Shown piece by piece: positions 40,217-49,555 of a stretch of 64,000 nt of DNA. Source of the stretch: Candidatus Magasanikiibacteriota bacterium (lineage in GTDB: Bacteria; Patescibacteriota; Patescibacteriia; Magasanikbacterales; GWA2-37-8); the NCBI GenBank assembly GCA_026396515.1, contig JAPLWQ010000002.1:61575-125574 (forward strand), given 5' to 3'. The position numbers were made by a program, and so were the translations under genes. The notes beneath the pieces are model-generated. The model did no database searches and was not told the origin of the DNA. It worked only from the letters and a program-made list of their open reading frames with translations. Every line of letters starts with the position of its first letter. Within the stretch, counting starts at the first letter, position 1.

Positions 40217-42121
40217 ATGCCGGAAAATGATGAGAATTTCTCCGCCCATACCATTGGGACTGAAAAACCAAAAAGGAAAGTCGCGCCCCGCAAAAAAATC
40301 GCCATCACAGAAAAGCGCCTGGAAAAAGATAAAAAAATAAAAATTGAAAAAGAATTAGTATCAATCTACGAAGACAGCAGCGGAAAAATTCCCAATATGC
40401 ACGAAATAAAAAAACGCAAACACCATCCGATAGTTAAAGGAGTTTTTTATTTACTTTTTATCGGAGCGATAATGGCGGCTGCGGCCTGGGCTGGCTTTTT
40501 TTATTTACCGGGAAAAAATACCGGCAGCGAACAACAGCTGTCACTTGATATAAAAGGACCGGTAGAAATTACCGTAGGAGCAACAACCACCTATGTTATT
40601 AGTTTTGAAAACAAAGAAAACATTCAATTAAACGGGGCTGTCCTGACGGTTAACTACCCCGACGGATTTGCGTATCTTGAAAGCAATATTAAGCCGGATA
40701 ACGGCGGTGCGACCGAATGGCGCCTAGGAGACCTTAAGCCTCACGAAACAGGAGAAATAAAAATTACCGGACAAAATTACGGCGCTTTGAACCAGGAAAA
40801 ATCCTGGCGGGCTCTTGTTAATTATATGCCGGAAAACTTTCAGTCCGAATTACAGGTAATTGCCACCCTCTCCACGAAAATAACGGATTCGCCATTTGAC
40901 ATATCAATTTCCGGGCCGGACAAAGCAATCATAGGAGATGAAGCGAAATATAGTTTTAAAGTCATTAAAAAAACCTCTTGGCTGCCCGCCAAATTCTACC
41001 TTCGCCCAAGCCTACCGGCTAATTTTTACGTCACCTCTTCTACTCCACCAATTGATAAAGACGGAACCTGGCGCATTAAGTCGGAATCCCCCACTTCAAC
41101 CACCTCAACCAATGAATTGATTTTTAGTATTATTGGAAAATATACTGACCAAAATGTTAACCTTGAAGAAAACACTTCAACAATAATAACAGCCGAACTT
41201 CAATTACCATACGGACTGGATAATAGAATATTTGAAATTGGAAGAGCGGAGCTTGCCACCGAGCTTATTAAAAGCAGCCAGACATTTTCTTTGGCAATCA
41301 ACGGGGCAATGATTGATACGGCCAGCAGACCGGGCGATACATTAAACGTAACGCTCTATGTCAAAAACACCGGCAAAGACAGCCTAAAAAACGCTTCGTT
41401 AAAACTCTCTTTTGATGCACCAGCGCTAAAACGGCAAAGCGCCTTAAATTGGGCAGCCGTTGAAGATAAATTGGAAGGAAATATTGTTGGAGAACAAGTC
41501 AGTGACACAATTCGGCGAGGAACAATCACTTGGACATCACAAAATTTGCCTTCTCTTAACGAGCTCAAGCCAGGACAAGAAGCAACAGTAGATATCCGTC
41601 TTCCGATCCGGAGTACTGACAATTTTGATATGAGCAACTTGGCTGAATTCACGATTAAAGCAATCGCTGAAATTGTATACAAAGATAAATTAGGCGCCGA
41701 AAAAAGTTTAAGCAGCAACCCAATTGCCATCATTTTAAATTCTGATCTTTCTTTGGAGGTGCGTGATTCAACATCAGCCGAGAACGAACGCGACATCCAG
41801 TGGATATTGTCCAATTCTTTTCATCCCTTAAAAAATATTGAACTGACAGCCACTCTATTCGGCGATGCTAATTTTATTCCACCGTCTGTAGCACCGGCAG
41901 GTAGTGTTTCGTTTGACGCTGATTTAAAACAAATAAGCTGGAAAATCAGCGAGATGCCGGAAAGCGTGGACATACTGGCTTTGCCATTCTCTGTAAATAT
42001 AAATAAAATTAACCCGACCCAGAACACTCTAATATCAAAAGTGAAAGTTCGCGCTGAAGACGCTGTCTCCGGCAAAACGATTGAATTTATGGGAGATGAG
42101 ATACCGATGAAAGCGGAATAA
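40217..42121 (+). CDS. Membrane protein with a Lys-rich cytoplasmic N-terminus, one TM and an extracellular repeat / Ig-like domain region
   Basis: ORF; TM VFYLLFIGAIMAAAAWAGFFYL; beta-rich repeat segments. Confidence 0.5.
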   Translation: MPENDENFSAHTIGTEKPKRKVAPRKKIAITEKRLEKDKKIKIEKELVSIYEDSSGKIPNMHEIKKRKHHPIVKGVFYLLFIGAIMAAAAWAGFFYLPGKNTGSEQQLSLDIKGPVEITVGATTTYVISFENKENIQLNGAVLTVNYPDGFAYLESNIKPDNGGATEWRLGDLKPHETGEIKITGQNYGALNQEKSWRALVNYMPENFQSELQVIATLSTKITDSPFDISISGPDKAIIGDEAKYSFKVIKKTSWLPAKFYLRPSLPANFYVTSSTPPIDKDGTWRIKSESPTSTTSTNELIFSIIGKYTDQNVNLEENTSTIITAELQLPYGLDNRIFEIGRAELATELIKSSQTFSLAINGAMIDTASRPGDTLNVTLYVKNTGKDSLKNASLKLSFDAPALKRQSALNWAAVEDKLEGNIVGEQVSDTIRRGTITWTSQNLPSLNELKPGQEATVDIRLPIRSTDNFDMSNLAEFTIKAIAEIVYKDKLGAEKSLSSNPIAIILNSDLSLEVRDSTSAENERDIQWILSNSFHPLKNIELTATLFGDANFIPPSVAPAGSVSFDADLKQISWKISEMPESVDILALPFSVNINKINPTQNTLISKVKVRAEDAVSGKTIEFMGDEIPMKAE

Positions 42122-42270
42122 GTACACAGGTTTTACGAATGGGCTGGCCAGACATTTGTTTCTGACACGGGTCTCCTCGTCTGCGGACTCGTCGCCCTAA
42201 CGCTCACTCCGGCTATGACGCCGTCGCTCCGCGATTGTCCTCAACAAAAATCTAGCCAGCCTGAAAAATT

Positions 42271-42300
42271 AAAATAGCGCCCTTCACAGGGCGCTATTTT
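42271..42300. terminator. Bidirectional terminator overlapping the miaA stop codon
   Basis: TAGCGCCC-TTCACA-GGGCGCTA followed by TTTT. Confidence 0.55.
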
Positions 42301-43213
42301 AATTATCTAGAAATTCTTTGGCCCAACCATCAGCTTCTGATGTTGACTCAAACCATTTTATTCGCTTATCGCGCCTAAACCATGTCATCTGACGCTTGGC
42401 GTAGCGGCGCGTGTCTCTCTTAATCATTTCAATCGCGTCGGCTAAAGAAATTTCTCCGCGCAAATAATATCCCACTTGTTTATACCCGATTCCGCTCATA
42501 GCGGGTAATGTCCAAAGATATTTTGTTGACAATTTTCTCACCTCTTCAACCAAACCGGCTTTTATCTGTTCCTCCGTCCGCTCGTTTATCCTCTGTACCA
42601 ATTCTTCTCGCGGTATATCCAAGCCAATTTGCAATGCCTCATAGCGCGGTGGCAATTTTTTTTGTTTTATCGTAAACGATTCGCCTGAAGATAACGCCAC
42701 TTCAATGGCGCGCATCACCCGGCGCGGATTTTTGAGATCAATTTTTTTCGCTGAAATAGGATCAGATGCTTTTAGCATTTCCATCAACTCGGATAAAGTT
42801 TTTTTCTCCAGTGCACTCCGCAATTTAATGTTGGGCGGCACAATCGGAATATCCAAATTATCCACTATCGCCCAGATATAGAGGCCGGTGCCGCCCACGA
42901 CAATCGGCAGCTTATTGCGCCGTAACACATCATCAATTGCCTCAAATGCCAATTTCTTATAATGTGCCAAAGTAAATTCTTCGTCAGGATTAACCACGTC
43001 GATCAGGTGGTGCCTAATACCTTGAACCAAATAATCGATATTTTTTTCTTCATTCTGCGCTTTAGCCGTTCCAATATCCATCCCTTTATATATCTGCCGC
43101 GAATCCGCATTTATTACCTCCCCGTTGTATTTTTTTGCCAACTCTAAACCCAGGGCCGTTTTTCCGGACGCAGTCGGACCAACAATAACGATAATTTTAG
43201 GCAATACCAACAT
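42299..43213 (-). CDS. miaA: tRNA dimethylallyltransferase
   Basis: IVIVGPTASGKTALGLELAKK P-loop; DSRQIYKGMDIGTAK. Confidence 0.9.
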   Translation of the reverse strand: MLVLPKIIVIVGPTASGKTALGLELAKKYNGEVINADSRQIYKGMDIGTAKAQNEEKNIDYLVQGIRHHLIDVVNPDEEFTLAHYKKLAFEAIDDVLRRNKLPIVVGGTGLYIWAIVDNLDIPIVPPNIKLRSALEKKTLSELMEMLKASDPISAKKIDLKNPRRVMRAIEVALSSGESFTIKQKKLPPRYEALQIGLDIPREELVQRINERTEEQIKAGLVEEVRKLSTKYLWTLPAMSGIGYKQVGYYLRGEISLADAIEMIKRDTRRYAKRQMTWFRRDKRIKWFESTSEADGWAKEFLDN

Positions 43214-43216
43214 ATT

Positions 43217-44524
43217 TTATATAATTTTTCCTTTCAGCACCCATTCTTTTGCTTCGAATATTTTTACCCTAACAATCGTATCGACCAAATTTGGCTCGCC
43301 CAGAAAGTTAACCAGCTTCATTTCTCTTGAATTCCCGGAGCATATTCCCTGCTCGCAATTTTCCACCAATACTTCCACAATACTGCCAACATATATCTGA
43401 TTTTTTCGCAGAGCCTGCGCTTCCATGATCTCCTGCAACTCTTCCCAGCGGCGTTTTTTTATTTCACGAGATACATCATCTTTAAATGCCTTGGCAGCGG
43501 GCGTACCGGAACGCTCTGAATACTTGGCGTTATAGGAAATATCTAAATCGCACTCTTTATATAGATCAAGCGTATTGTTAAATTGTTCATCCGTTTCTCC
43601 ACAAAACCCGACCATCAGATCCGCACCCACGGCCATATTCGGCCGGGCGACGCGAATTTTTTTAACGATTTCCACATATTGTTCACGCGTATATCGACGA
43701 TTCATCTTCCGTAATATTTCATTGTCTCCGCTCTGTGCCGGCAAATGAATATAATTCATTTGTTTGGGCAATTTCAGCGCTTCAGCCTGTACCGCATTAA
43801 AATACTGAGGATCCGGCGCGGTAAAATGCAGTCGCTCTAATCCTGCAATTTGATTCAATTCCCAAAGCAGCGCGGCAAAATGGTCGGACAAAAACGGATT
43901 TTCTTTAGAAAAACTTTCCGGATCCGGCGCAATATAATGATTTACGACCTGACCAAGCAAAGTGACTTCCAAGCCGCCTTTAACAACAAAATTGCGTACC
44001 TCATTCAGGATGTCAATTAACGACCGGTTGCGTTCACGCCCGCGGGCATTGGGCACCACGCAATAGGTACAAAAATTATTACAACCGGTTTGGATAGTAA
44101 TAAAGGCCCGGCTATGCGATTCACGCATTGGCTTTATGTTTAAATAGTCAAAATTTTTCTCCTGCTCAACATTTAATTCCTTAAGCCAAACTGGCAGGCG
44201 CGGCAATTCATCAATGCCAAACCATAAATCAACACCGGGAATTCTACGGCGCAATTTTCCACTCTCATCCCTGCCCGGCATACAACCGGTTATGGCAATT
44301 ATCATGTTTGTCTTTTGCCGGCGCAATGCTTGCCAATTACGGACAATACCACACACCCTGTCTTCTGCCGCCTGACGAACGCTACAAGTGTTAATTATGA
44401 GCAAATTTCCATCCTCCGGCCGTTCTACCGCTACATACCCCAAGGACGATAAAAAACCGGCGATCCTTTCGGAATCGTTCTTATTCATTTGGCAGCCCAT
44501 TGTTAAAATATAGTAACGGCGCAT
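43217..44524 (-). CDS. miaB: tRNA-i6A37 methylthiotransferase (radical SAM / MTTase)
   Basis: YYILTMGCQMN N-terminal MTTase domain; CNNFCTYCVVP radical-SAM motif; TRAM domain. Start taken at MRRYYIL (44524), not the track start 44599. Confidence 0.9.
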   Translation of the reverse strand: MRRYYILTMGCQMNKNDSERIAGFLSSLGYVAVERPEDGNLLIINTCSVRQAAEDRVCGIVRNWQALRRQKTNMIIAITGCMPGRDESGKLRRRIPGVDLWFGIDELPRLPVWLKELNVEQEKNFDYLNIKPMRESHSRAFITIQTGCNNFCTYCVVPNARGRERNRSLIDILNEVRNFVVKGGLEVTLLGQVVNHYIAPDPESFSKENPFLSDHFAALLWELNQIAGLERLHFTAPDPQYFNAVQAEALKLPKQMNYIHLPAQSGDNEILRKMNRRYTREQYVEIVKKIRVARPNMAVGADLMVGFCGETDEQFNNTLDLYKECDLDISYNAKYSERSGTPAAKAFKDDVSREIKKRRWEELQEIMEAQALRKNQIYVGSIVEVLVENCEQGICSGNSREMKLVNFLGEPNLVDTIVRVKIFEAKEWVLKGKII

Positions 44525-44561
44525 GAACGATATTCTAATCTTTTTATTAATATTATTCAAG

Positions 44562-44603
44562 AAAAGAAAAAGGCGCTTGAACGAAGATTTCTTGTTCAAG
44601 CGC
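44562..44603 (-). terminator. Strong rho-independent terminator ending the GC-rich two-gene cassette
   Basis: Minus strand: GCGCUUGAAC-loop-GUUCAAGCGC (10-bp perfect stem) followed by CUUUUUCUUUUC. Confidence 0.55.
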
Positions 44604-44638
44604 CATTCTCAAAAAACGACTCCCTCCTTTTGGGAAAA

Positions 44639-45061
44639 TCATGCGAATACGTAGCTGGCTGGAAAATCTCTCAGCTCTTTTTTCCCCACGATGAATCTTT
44701 GTGAGGCACGGTCTCTGGTCCTAAACACGACCACGAGAATGTTCCGCGTTAGCCCTCCGGAGAAGGGCCGCTGCAGAAACTTGAAGCTAAGCACGGTGGT
44801 GAGGTCCGCGCGAATTCCCCGGTTTTGGCCAAGGAATTTGACGGCTCCGAAGAGAGCAAGGCCGCGGGCGGGATTCTTACGAATCCGCTCAGCGACTTCC
44901 GGCTGGCTATCAGCGTCGAGGTGTAACTCGAGCTCGCGGCCATGCCAGAAGATCCTTAACTGTCGGAAGCCGTCGATTATCTCGCCGAACCCCTCTTTCT
45001 CAAAGCGCAAACGATCAGCCGATCGTTCACGATAATTCGCCAGGTTTGTCACCTCTGTCAT
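44639..45061 (-). CDS. Hypothetical protein (140 aa) in a GC-rich (~55%) cassette; function unknown
   Basis: ORF with GC-rich third codon positions; GGAGGAG SD 9 nt before the ATG at 45061 (the track start 45118 is less likely). Confidence 0.5.
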   Translation of the reverse strand: MTEVTNLANYRERSADRLRFEKEGFGEIIDGFRQLRIFWHGRELELHLDADSQPEVAERIRKNPARGLALFGAVKFLGQNRGIRADLTTVLSFKFLQRPFSGGLTRNILVVVFRTRDRASQRFIVGKKELRDFPASYVFA

Positions 45062-45164
45062 TTTCACGGTTCTCCTCCGCCGAAGTCGCCTGTCGCGACA
45101 AAGAATTACGGTAAACATGCTCGCGCAGTTTTACCATCCTTTCTTTTATCGGCGGAAAGCCGTA

Positions 45165-45788
45165 CTAATTGCAGGCGAAGGCGTATGTGCAGACGAAGTC
45201 CGCATCATTTACGCCCAGTTCGAGTTCTGTGGAGGCTCCATCTGATTCAGGATCACTTTTGACACCGGGCTTCTTTCTTAGCCCGGCCCATTGTCCGGTT
45301 TTGAACCGAACCACGATATGGCCCGGCTCATCGGGAATGATCACACCGGATACTTCCCGAATGTCGAGAGGGCTCTCCATCCTCAACACATCCTTCTCGG
45401 TGAGGAAAAAATCGCTCTCACGGCATCGGCGGATCAGTTCTTTGCCGATTGCCGGCACGTAGATGGTTTTCACCCGCCCGAAGACGAGCTTGATGTGCGC
45501 ACGGCTTCCTTCACCGCGGTAATGCAGGTAGGACGGCGGCAGCTTGTAGACGAAGGTAATATCGTCACCTAACCAATGCCAGCAAACGAGCGCCAAGCCC
45601 GCCTGTACCAGGTCCATGGCCTCGGTGACAACCTTCTGAAGGTGACCGGAATACGACTCCACCGAGCCGCTGCCCTCCCCTTCATCGTCACTGACGATGC
45701 CGAAGAAGTTGTGGAAGCTCCTCTTCAAAGAAACCACTACTCTATCGCCGTTCATAGTCACTATCCTCCATTCTGCATGCGTTCGCAT
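45165..45788 (-). CDS. Hypothetical protein (207 aa; an alternative SD-supported start at 45755 gives 196 aa) in the GC-rich cassette; function unknown
   Basis: ORF at about 54% GC with high GC3, against ~40-43% in flanking genes; no recognisable motif. Confidence 0.55.
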   Translation of the reverse strand: MRTHAEWRIVTMNGDRVVVSLKRSFHNFFGIVSDDEGEGSGSVESYSGHLQKVVTEAMDLVQAGLALVCWHWLGDDITFVYKLPPSYLHYRGEGSRAHIKLVFGRVKTIYVPAIGKELIRRCRESDFFLTEKDVLRMESPLDIREVSGVIIPDEPGHIVVRFKTGQWAGLRKKPGVKSDPESDGASTELELGVNDADFVCTYAFACN

Positions 45789-45839
45789 GTGTTTTCAAGG
45801 TGCATATTTGCAACTTTGTAATCTAACAGATATATGCGA

Positions 45840-45883
45840 TTTTGTCAATAGATATTGACAAAACAGCCAAAATATGCTATTAT
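45840..45883. promoter_or_regulatory. Perfect 11-bp inverted repeat operator (TTTTGTCAATA-GA-TATTGACAAAA) carrying TTGACA -35 boxes on both strands; plus-strand promoter TTGACA-N17-TATTAT; minus-strand TTGACA-N17-TAGATT
   Basis: Palindrome at 45840-45863; -10 TATTAT at 45878-45883; minus -10 at 45820-45825. Confidence 0.55.
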
Positions 45884-45912
45884 ATTAGTGTTATTTAATC
45901 ATATATTAATAT

Positions 45913-46488
45913 ATGCCAAATCTCAATGAATCAAGAAAGTTTAGTCCGATTGCCGACACCGGCGGAATACAGGAAGAATTTGACGTAGATAAATTTGTAG
46001 AAGGCGGTATTAAGGAAATGTCTCCTGAGCAGGTAAAAGAACAGCAATACAAAGAATGGCAGAATACTGGCCATAATTATCTGTTAACCAGGTCATTATC
46101 CGAACGCCATGCTCAAAACATTTTAAGGCTTGACGGTGAAATCGCGGCAGCCGGCCGATTCGGAGAAAACATTGACCAGGCTTACCTTGAAGACCCCACG
46201 CAAATGCCGGGATGGGGTGAGCTCGGCAAAGATAAACAGGAGAGCGCTCTAAATTTTGCTAAGTTAGTCCAAGAACGTGATAAACTATTAAACGAGCAGG
46301 GACATCTCCTGCAGCATGAAAAAAAGATTTTAGGTCAATTAAATGAAAAATATCAGTTAAGTGCGGAAGATATAAATTATGAACTTAATAAGCACGGCGA
46401 CTCTGAAATTTCCGATGAAGAATTGGACTTAATAGCAAAAGAACTGGAAAAGGTGTTATCCGTAAAGACAGAGCAAAAAACAGCTTAA
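45913..46488 (+). CDS. Hypothetical acidic protein (191 aa) with a coiled-coil C-terminus
   Basis: ORF; first gene of the three-gene operon under the palindromic promoter. Confidence 0.5.
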   Translation: MPNLNESRKFSPIADTGGIQEEFDVDKFVEGGIKEMSPEQVKEQQYKEWQNTGHNYLLTRSLSERHAQNILRLDGEIAAAGRFGENIDQAYLEDPTQMPGWGELGKDKQESALNFAKLVQERDKLLNEQGHLLQHEKKILGQLNEKYQLSAEDINYELNKHGDSEISDEELDLIAKELEKVLSVKTEQKTA

Positions 46489-46498
46489 TCTCTATTTT

Positions 46499-47083
46499 AT
46501 GGGGGAGAGTTTTAAACCGGAAAATCCTTTTTATAAGGGTAATACTCCACAAACCAATAAACGCGCTGAATCACCGCGCGTTTTTGGCGTGAAAAAAAAT
46601 CCGGAAAATCCTCACGATCTCAAAAACAAAAGCATTCTTAACGTGGACACATGGGAAGAACGGCCGCATAGTTTAGGAGTTGGCAAGGACGCTGATACAA
46701 AAACTCTTAGTGAATCCACAATCCGTGCCGAGCGACAAAAAGAGTTGGCCATGCAAGATAGGGCGGAAGCCGATAAAAAAATCAAAGAAATAAATCAAAA
46801 AATCGCGGCAATGGATATTACGTCCTCCACAAATCAGGACGGGCAAATAGCCGATGTTTTGAAAGACACAGATATTGATGACGCGGTTGAATTCGGTATC
46901 CAGGAGTTGACAGATGCTGAACTTGAAATTGAAAAAGTTGCTGCAGAAGAGGGAAAAAAATTGGCAAGAGGCGCGCAAGAAAGGGCTGCACTTGAGCAAT
47001 TCAATCGATCAAAGCAGGCGGAAACGAAATTTTTTAAAGACTACGGCAATACTAACCAAAAAAAAACCGGTTCAAACAAATAA
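46499..47083 (+). CDS. Hypothetical charged protein (194 aa), predicted disordered / coiled coil
   Basis: ORF. Confidence 0.5.
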   Translation: MGESFKPENPFYKGNTPQTNKRAESPRVFGVKKNPENPHDLKNKSILNVDTWEERPHSLGVGKDADTKTLSESTIRAERQKELAMQDRAEADKKIKEINQKIAAMDITSSTNQDGQIADVLKDTDIDDAVEFGIQELTDAELEIEKVAAEEGKKLARGAQERAALEQFNRSKQAETKFFKDYGNTNQKKTGSNK

Positions 47084-47121
47084 GCCCGCCATAATGCGGG
47101 TTATTTGTATATATATATCGT

Positions 47122-47682
47122 ATGACGGAAAAAACGCCAAAACAATTTAATTTTCGCCAACACGGCTTTCGAAAAATTAAGGAGGAGTCATCCGGTAGCG
47201 GCAGCATAGGCGAAGTTCTTGCAGTATTGACGGGAGAGAAACCGGAATCAAAAACGGTTATCTCATCTGAAGCTGATGAAAATGAATTTTCGGCGCCTTT
47301 CAGTGACCTCGATAAAGACGTGCCAAAATTTGACTCCCAGCCGCCTGAACCAAAAGATAAAACGGAACCACCGGAATCAGACGACGATCCTTTTGTAATG
47401 CGCCCCTCTTTGATGCCGATTCAAGAGAAACCTAGAAATATATCAACGGTTGAAATTAAAGCTCCGCCTGATGATAGTATTACTGCCGCCGTTCTCAGAG
47501 AAATAGAGCGCCGATCCGCGGAAAATGAATCAGGTGATGATGCGCGTAAGGATGAGGTCGGTAAATTTGCTTCAGGAGGAACGATGACCCCGGAGAGACA
47601 AGAAAATCTGATGCGGATTGCCAACGCCCTAATAGAAGCCGAACAGAAAAAAAGTGGTCTCAAGAACAATAATGATAAATAA
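47122..47682 (+). CDS. Hypothetical acidic Pro/Glu/Ser-rich protein (186 aa)
   Basis: ORF. Confidence 0.5.
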   Translation: MTEKTPKQFNFRQHGFRKIKEESSGSGSIGEVLAVLTGEKPESKTVISSEADENEFSAPFSDLDKDVPKFDSQPPEPKDKTEPPESDDDPFVMRPSLMPIQEKPRNISTVEIKAPPDDSITAAVLREIERRSAENESGDDARKDEVGKFASGGTMTPERQENLMRIANALIEAEQKKSGLKNNNDK

Positions 47683-47714
47683 AAAATCCTCAGCTATGGG
47701 CCGAGGATTTTTTA
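47683..47714. terminator. Bidirectional terminator between the acidic-protein operon and thrS
   Basis: AATCCTC-AGCTATGGGCC-GAGGATT followed by TTTTTT. Confidence 0.55.
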
Positions 47715-47720
47715 ATATTT

Positions 47721-49505
47721 TTACTGTTGTCTCGCGCTAACCTCATTATTAAGCCGTTCTAAAAATTCTTGTTTGCTCATTTTTTCCTGTTTTTCCTGAC
47801 CGCGAATGCGTATCATCCAATCCCCTCCCTCAAGCTCTTTATCACCTACCACCACGATATATGGTATTTTTTCCGCTACCGCTTTACGCACGCGATTACC
47901 AAGCGTTTCATTGGCGCTATCAAGGTCGGCGCGCACACCTAAGTCGAAGAATTCCTTTTGCAAGCTCTCCGCTCCAGCAGTGTGTTTTTCCGAAACAGAA
48001 ATAAACCGCACTTGTACCGGAGAGAGCCATACAGGCCAAATACCGGCATAATGCTCTATCAAAAATGCGATAAATCTCTCATGAGTGGAAAGGGGGGCGC
48101 GATGAATAACAAACACTTCATTATTCTCTTTGCCGGTTTCATCGGTATATGTGAGGCTAAATCGCTTTTTCGCCGCGAAATCAAGTTGAATAGTGGACAT
48201 GGACTCTTCTCTGCCAATAACTGAGCGAAACTGCGTGTCCACCTTAGGCCCGTAAAATGCGGCCTCATCTTCAGCTTCAATAAATTTTACATCACTCTCC
48301 TCCAATACCTCACGGATCACTTGTTGGCTGTATTCCCAATTTTCCGGCTCATTTACATATTTGTCCAAATGCTTCGGACTCCACTTAGACAGCCGGAACC
48401 AATAATCTTTTAAGCCAAATATCTTATAGAAATTAATCGTCAAATCGAGTACGCCCTTAAACTCCTGTTTGATCTGATCTTTACGGCAATAGATATGAGC
48501 GTCATTCATCGCTAGGCCGCGTACGCGCAACAGGCCCGCCAAAGTTCCTGACAATTCATTGCGATAACACATCCCATATTCCGCTATGCGCAAAGGTAAA
48601 TCACGGTATGAGTGCATATCGTGATTATAGATAATGTGATGGTGCGGGCAATTCATCGCCTTCATATAATATGTGCCGTCATCCATAACCATTGGCGGAT
48701 ACATACTGTCTTTGTAATATGGCAGATGACCGGAGGTTAAAAATAGTTCCTCCTTTGCCATATGGGGCGTGGAGACGCGCACATAACCCGCTTCACGCTC
48801 TTTTTCAACAGCTAATTTTTCCACTTCATTTCTGATGATTGTGCCATTGGGTTGCCACATTATCAAGCCTTTACCCACAATATCATCAATAAAAAATAGT
48901 TTTTGTTCAGCGCCAATTTTCCGGTGGTCGCGCTTTTCCGCTTCTGCGAGCATGTTTAAATATTCATCCAATTGATTTTGCTTTTCAAAACAGACTCCAT
49001 AAACGCGCTGAAGCTGAGGATTCTCGTTTTTCCCCCGCCAATAAGCGCCGGCTAATTTTGTTAATTTAAAAGCGCCAATTTCTTTGCTTGAATCAAGATG
49101 CGGTCCTCGGCACAAATCAATAAAATCTCCTGTTTTATAGATTGACACCCCGTCGCCTGATAATTCCACTTCCTCTATGTCGCCAACTCTTGTTGTGCCC
49201 TTATTTTTTATATCGCTGAGCAGCTCCACTTTGTAATCCTGGCCTAATTTCTTGAATAGTTTGACAGCCTCGTCAATTGTCATTTCCTCCCTTTCAAATT
49301 TCACGCCATTTTTGATCAGTTCCCGGGCCCTGATCTCGATATTCAATAGCTCTGCCTCGCCGATCGGCTCGGGAAAATCAATATCATAATAAAAGCCATT
49401 TTCTACGGTCGGACCAACACCAAATTTTGCCTCAGGGTACAACGATTGAACTGCCGCTGCAATGAGATGGGCGCAAGAATGGCGCATTGTTCCAATATTT
49501 GCCAT
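47721..49505 (-). CDS. thrS: Threonine--tRNA ligase (lacks the N-terminal TGS domain)
   Basis: Starts at the editing domain (RHSCAHLIA); class II aaRS motifs; C-terminal anticodon-binding domain. Confidence 0.9.
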   Translation of the reverse strand: MANIGTMRHSCAHLIAAAVQSLYPEAKFGVGPTVENGFYYDIDFPEPIGEAELLNIEIRARELIKNGVKFEREEMTIDEAVKLFKKLGQDYKVELLSDIKNKGTTRVGDIEEVELSGDGVSIYKTGDFIDLCRGPHLDSSKEIGAFKLTKLAGAYWRGKNENPQLQRVYGVCFEKQNQLDEYLNMLAEAEKRDHRKIGAEQKLFFIDDIVGKGLIMWQPNGTIIRNEVEKLAVEKEREAGYVRVSTPHMAKEELFLTSGHLPYYKDSMYPPMVMDDGTYYMKAMNCPHHHIIYNHDMHSYRDLPLRIAEYGMCYRNELSGTLAGLLRVRGLAMNDAHIYCRKDQIKQEFKGVLDLTINFYKIFGLKDYWFRLSKWSPKHLDKYVNEPENWEYSQQVIREVLEESDVKFIEAEDEAAFYGPKVDTQFRSVIGREESMSTIQLDFAAKKRFSLTYTDETGKENNEVFVIHRAPLSTHERFIAFLIEHYAGIWPVWLSPVQVRFISVSEKHTAGAESLQKEFFDLGVRADLDSANETLGNRVRKAVAEKIPYIVVVGDKELEGGDWMIRIRGQEKQEKMSKQEFLERLNNEVSARQQ

Positions 49506-49555
49506 ATAACAATTTGTAAATTATTAATAAAGTGAATTATAAATTTCAGCATTTG

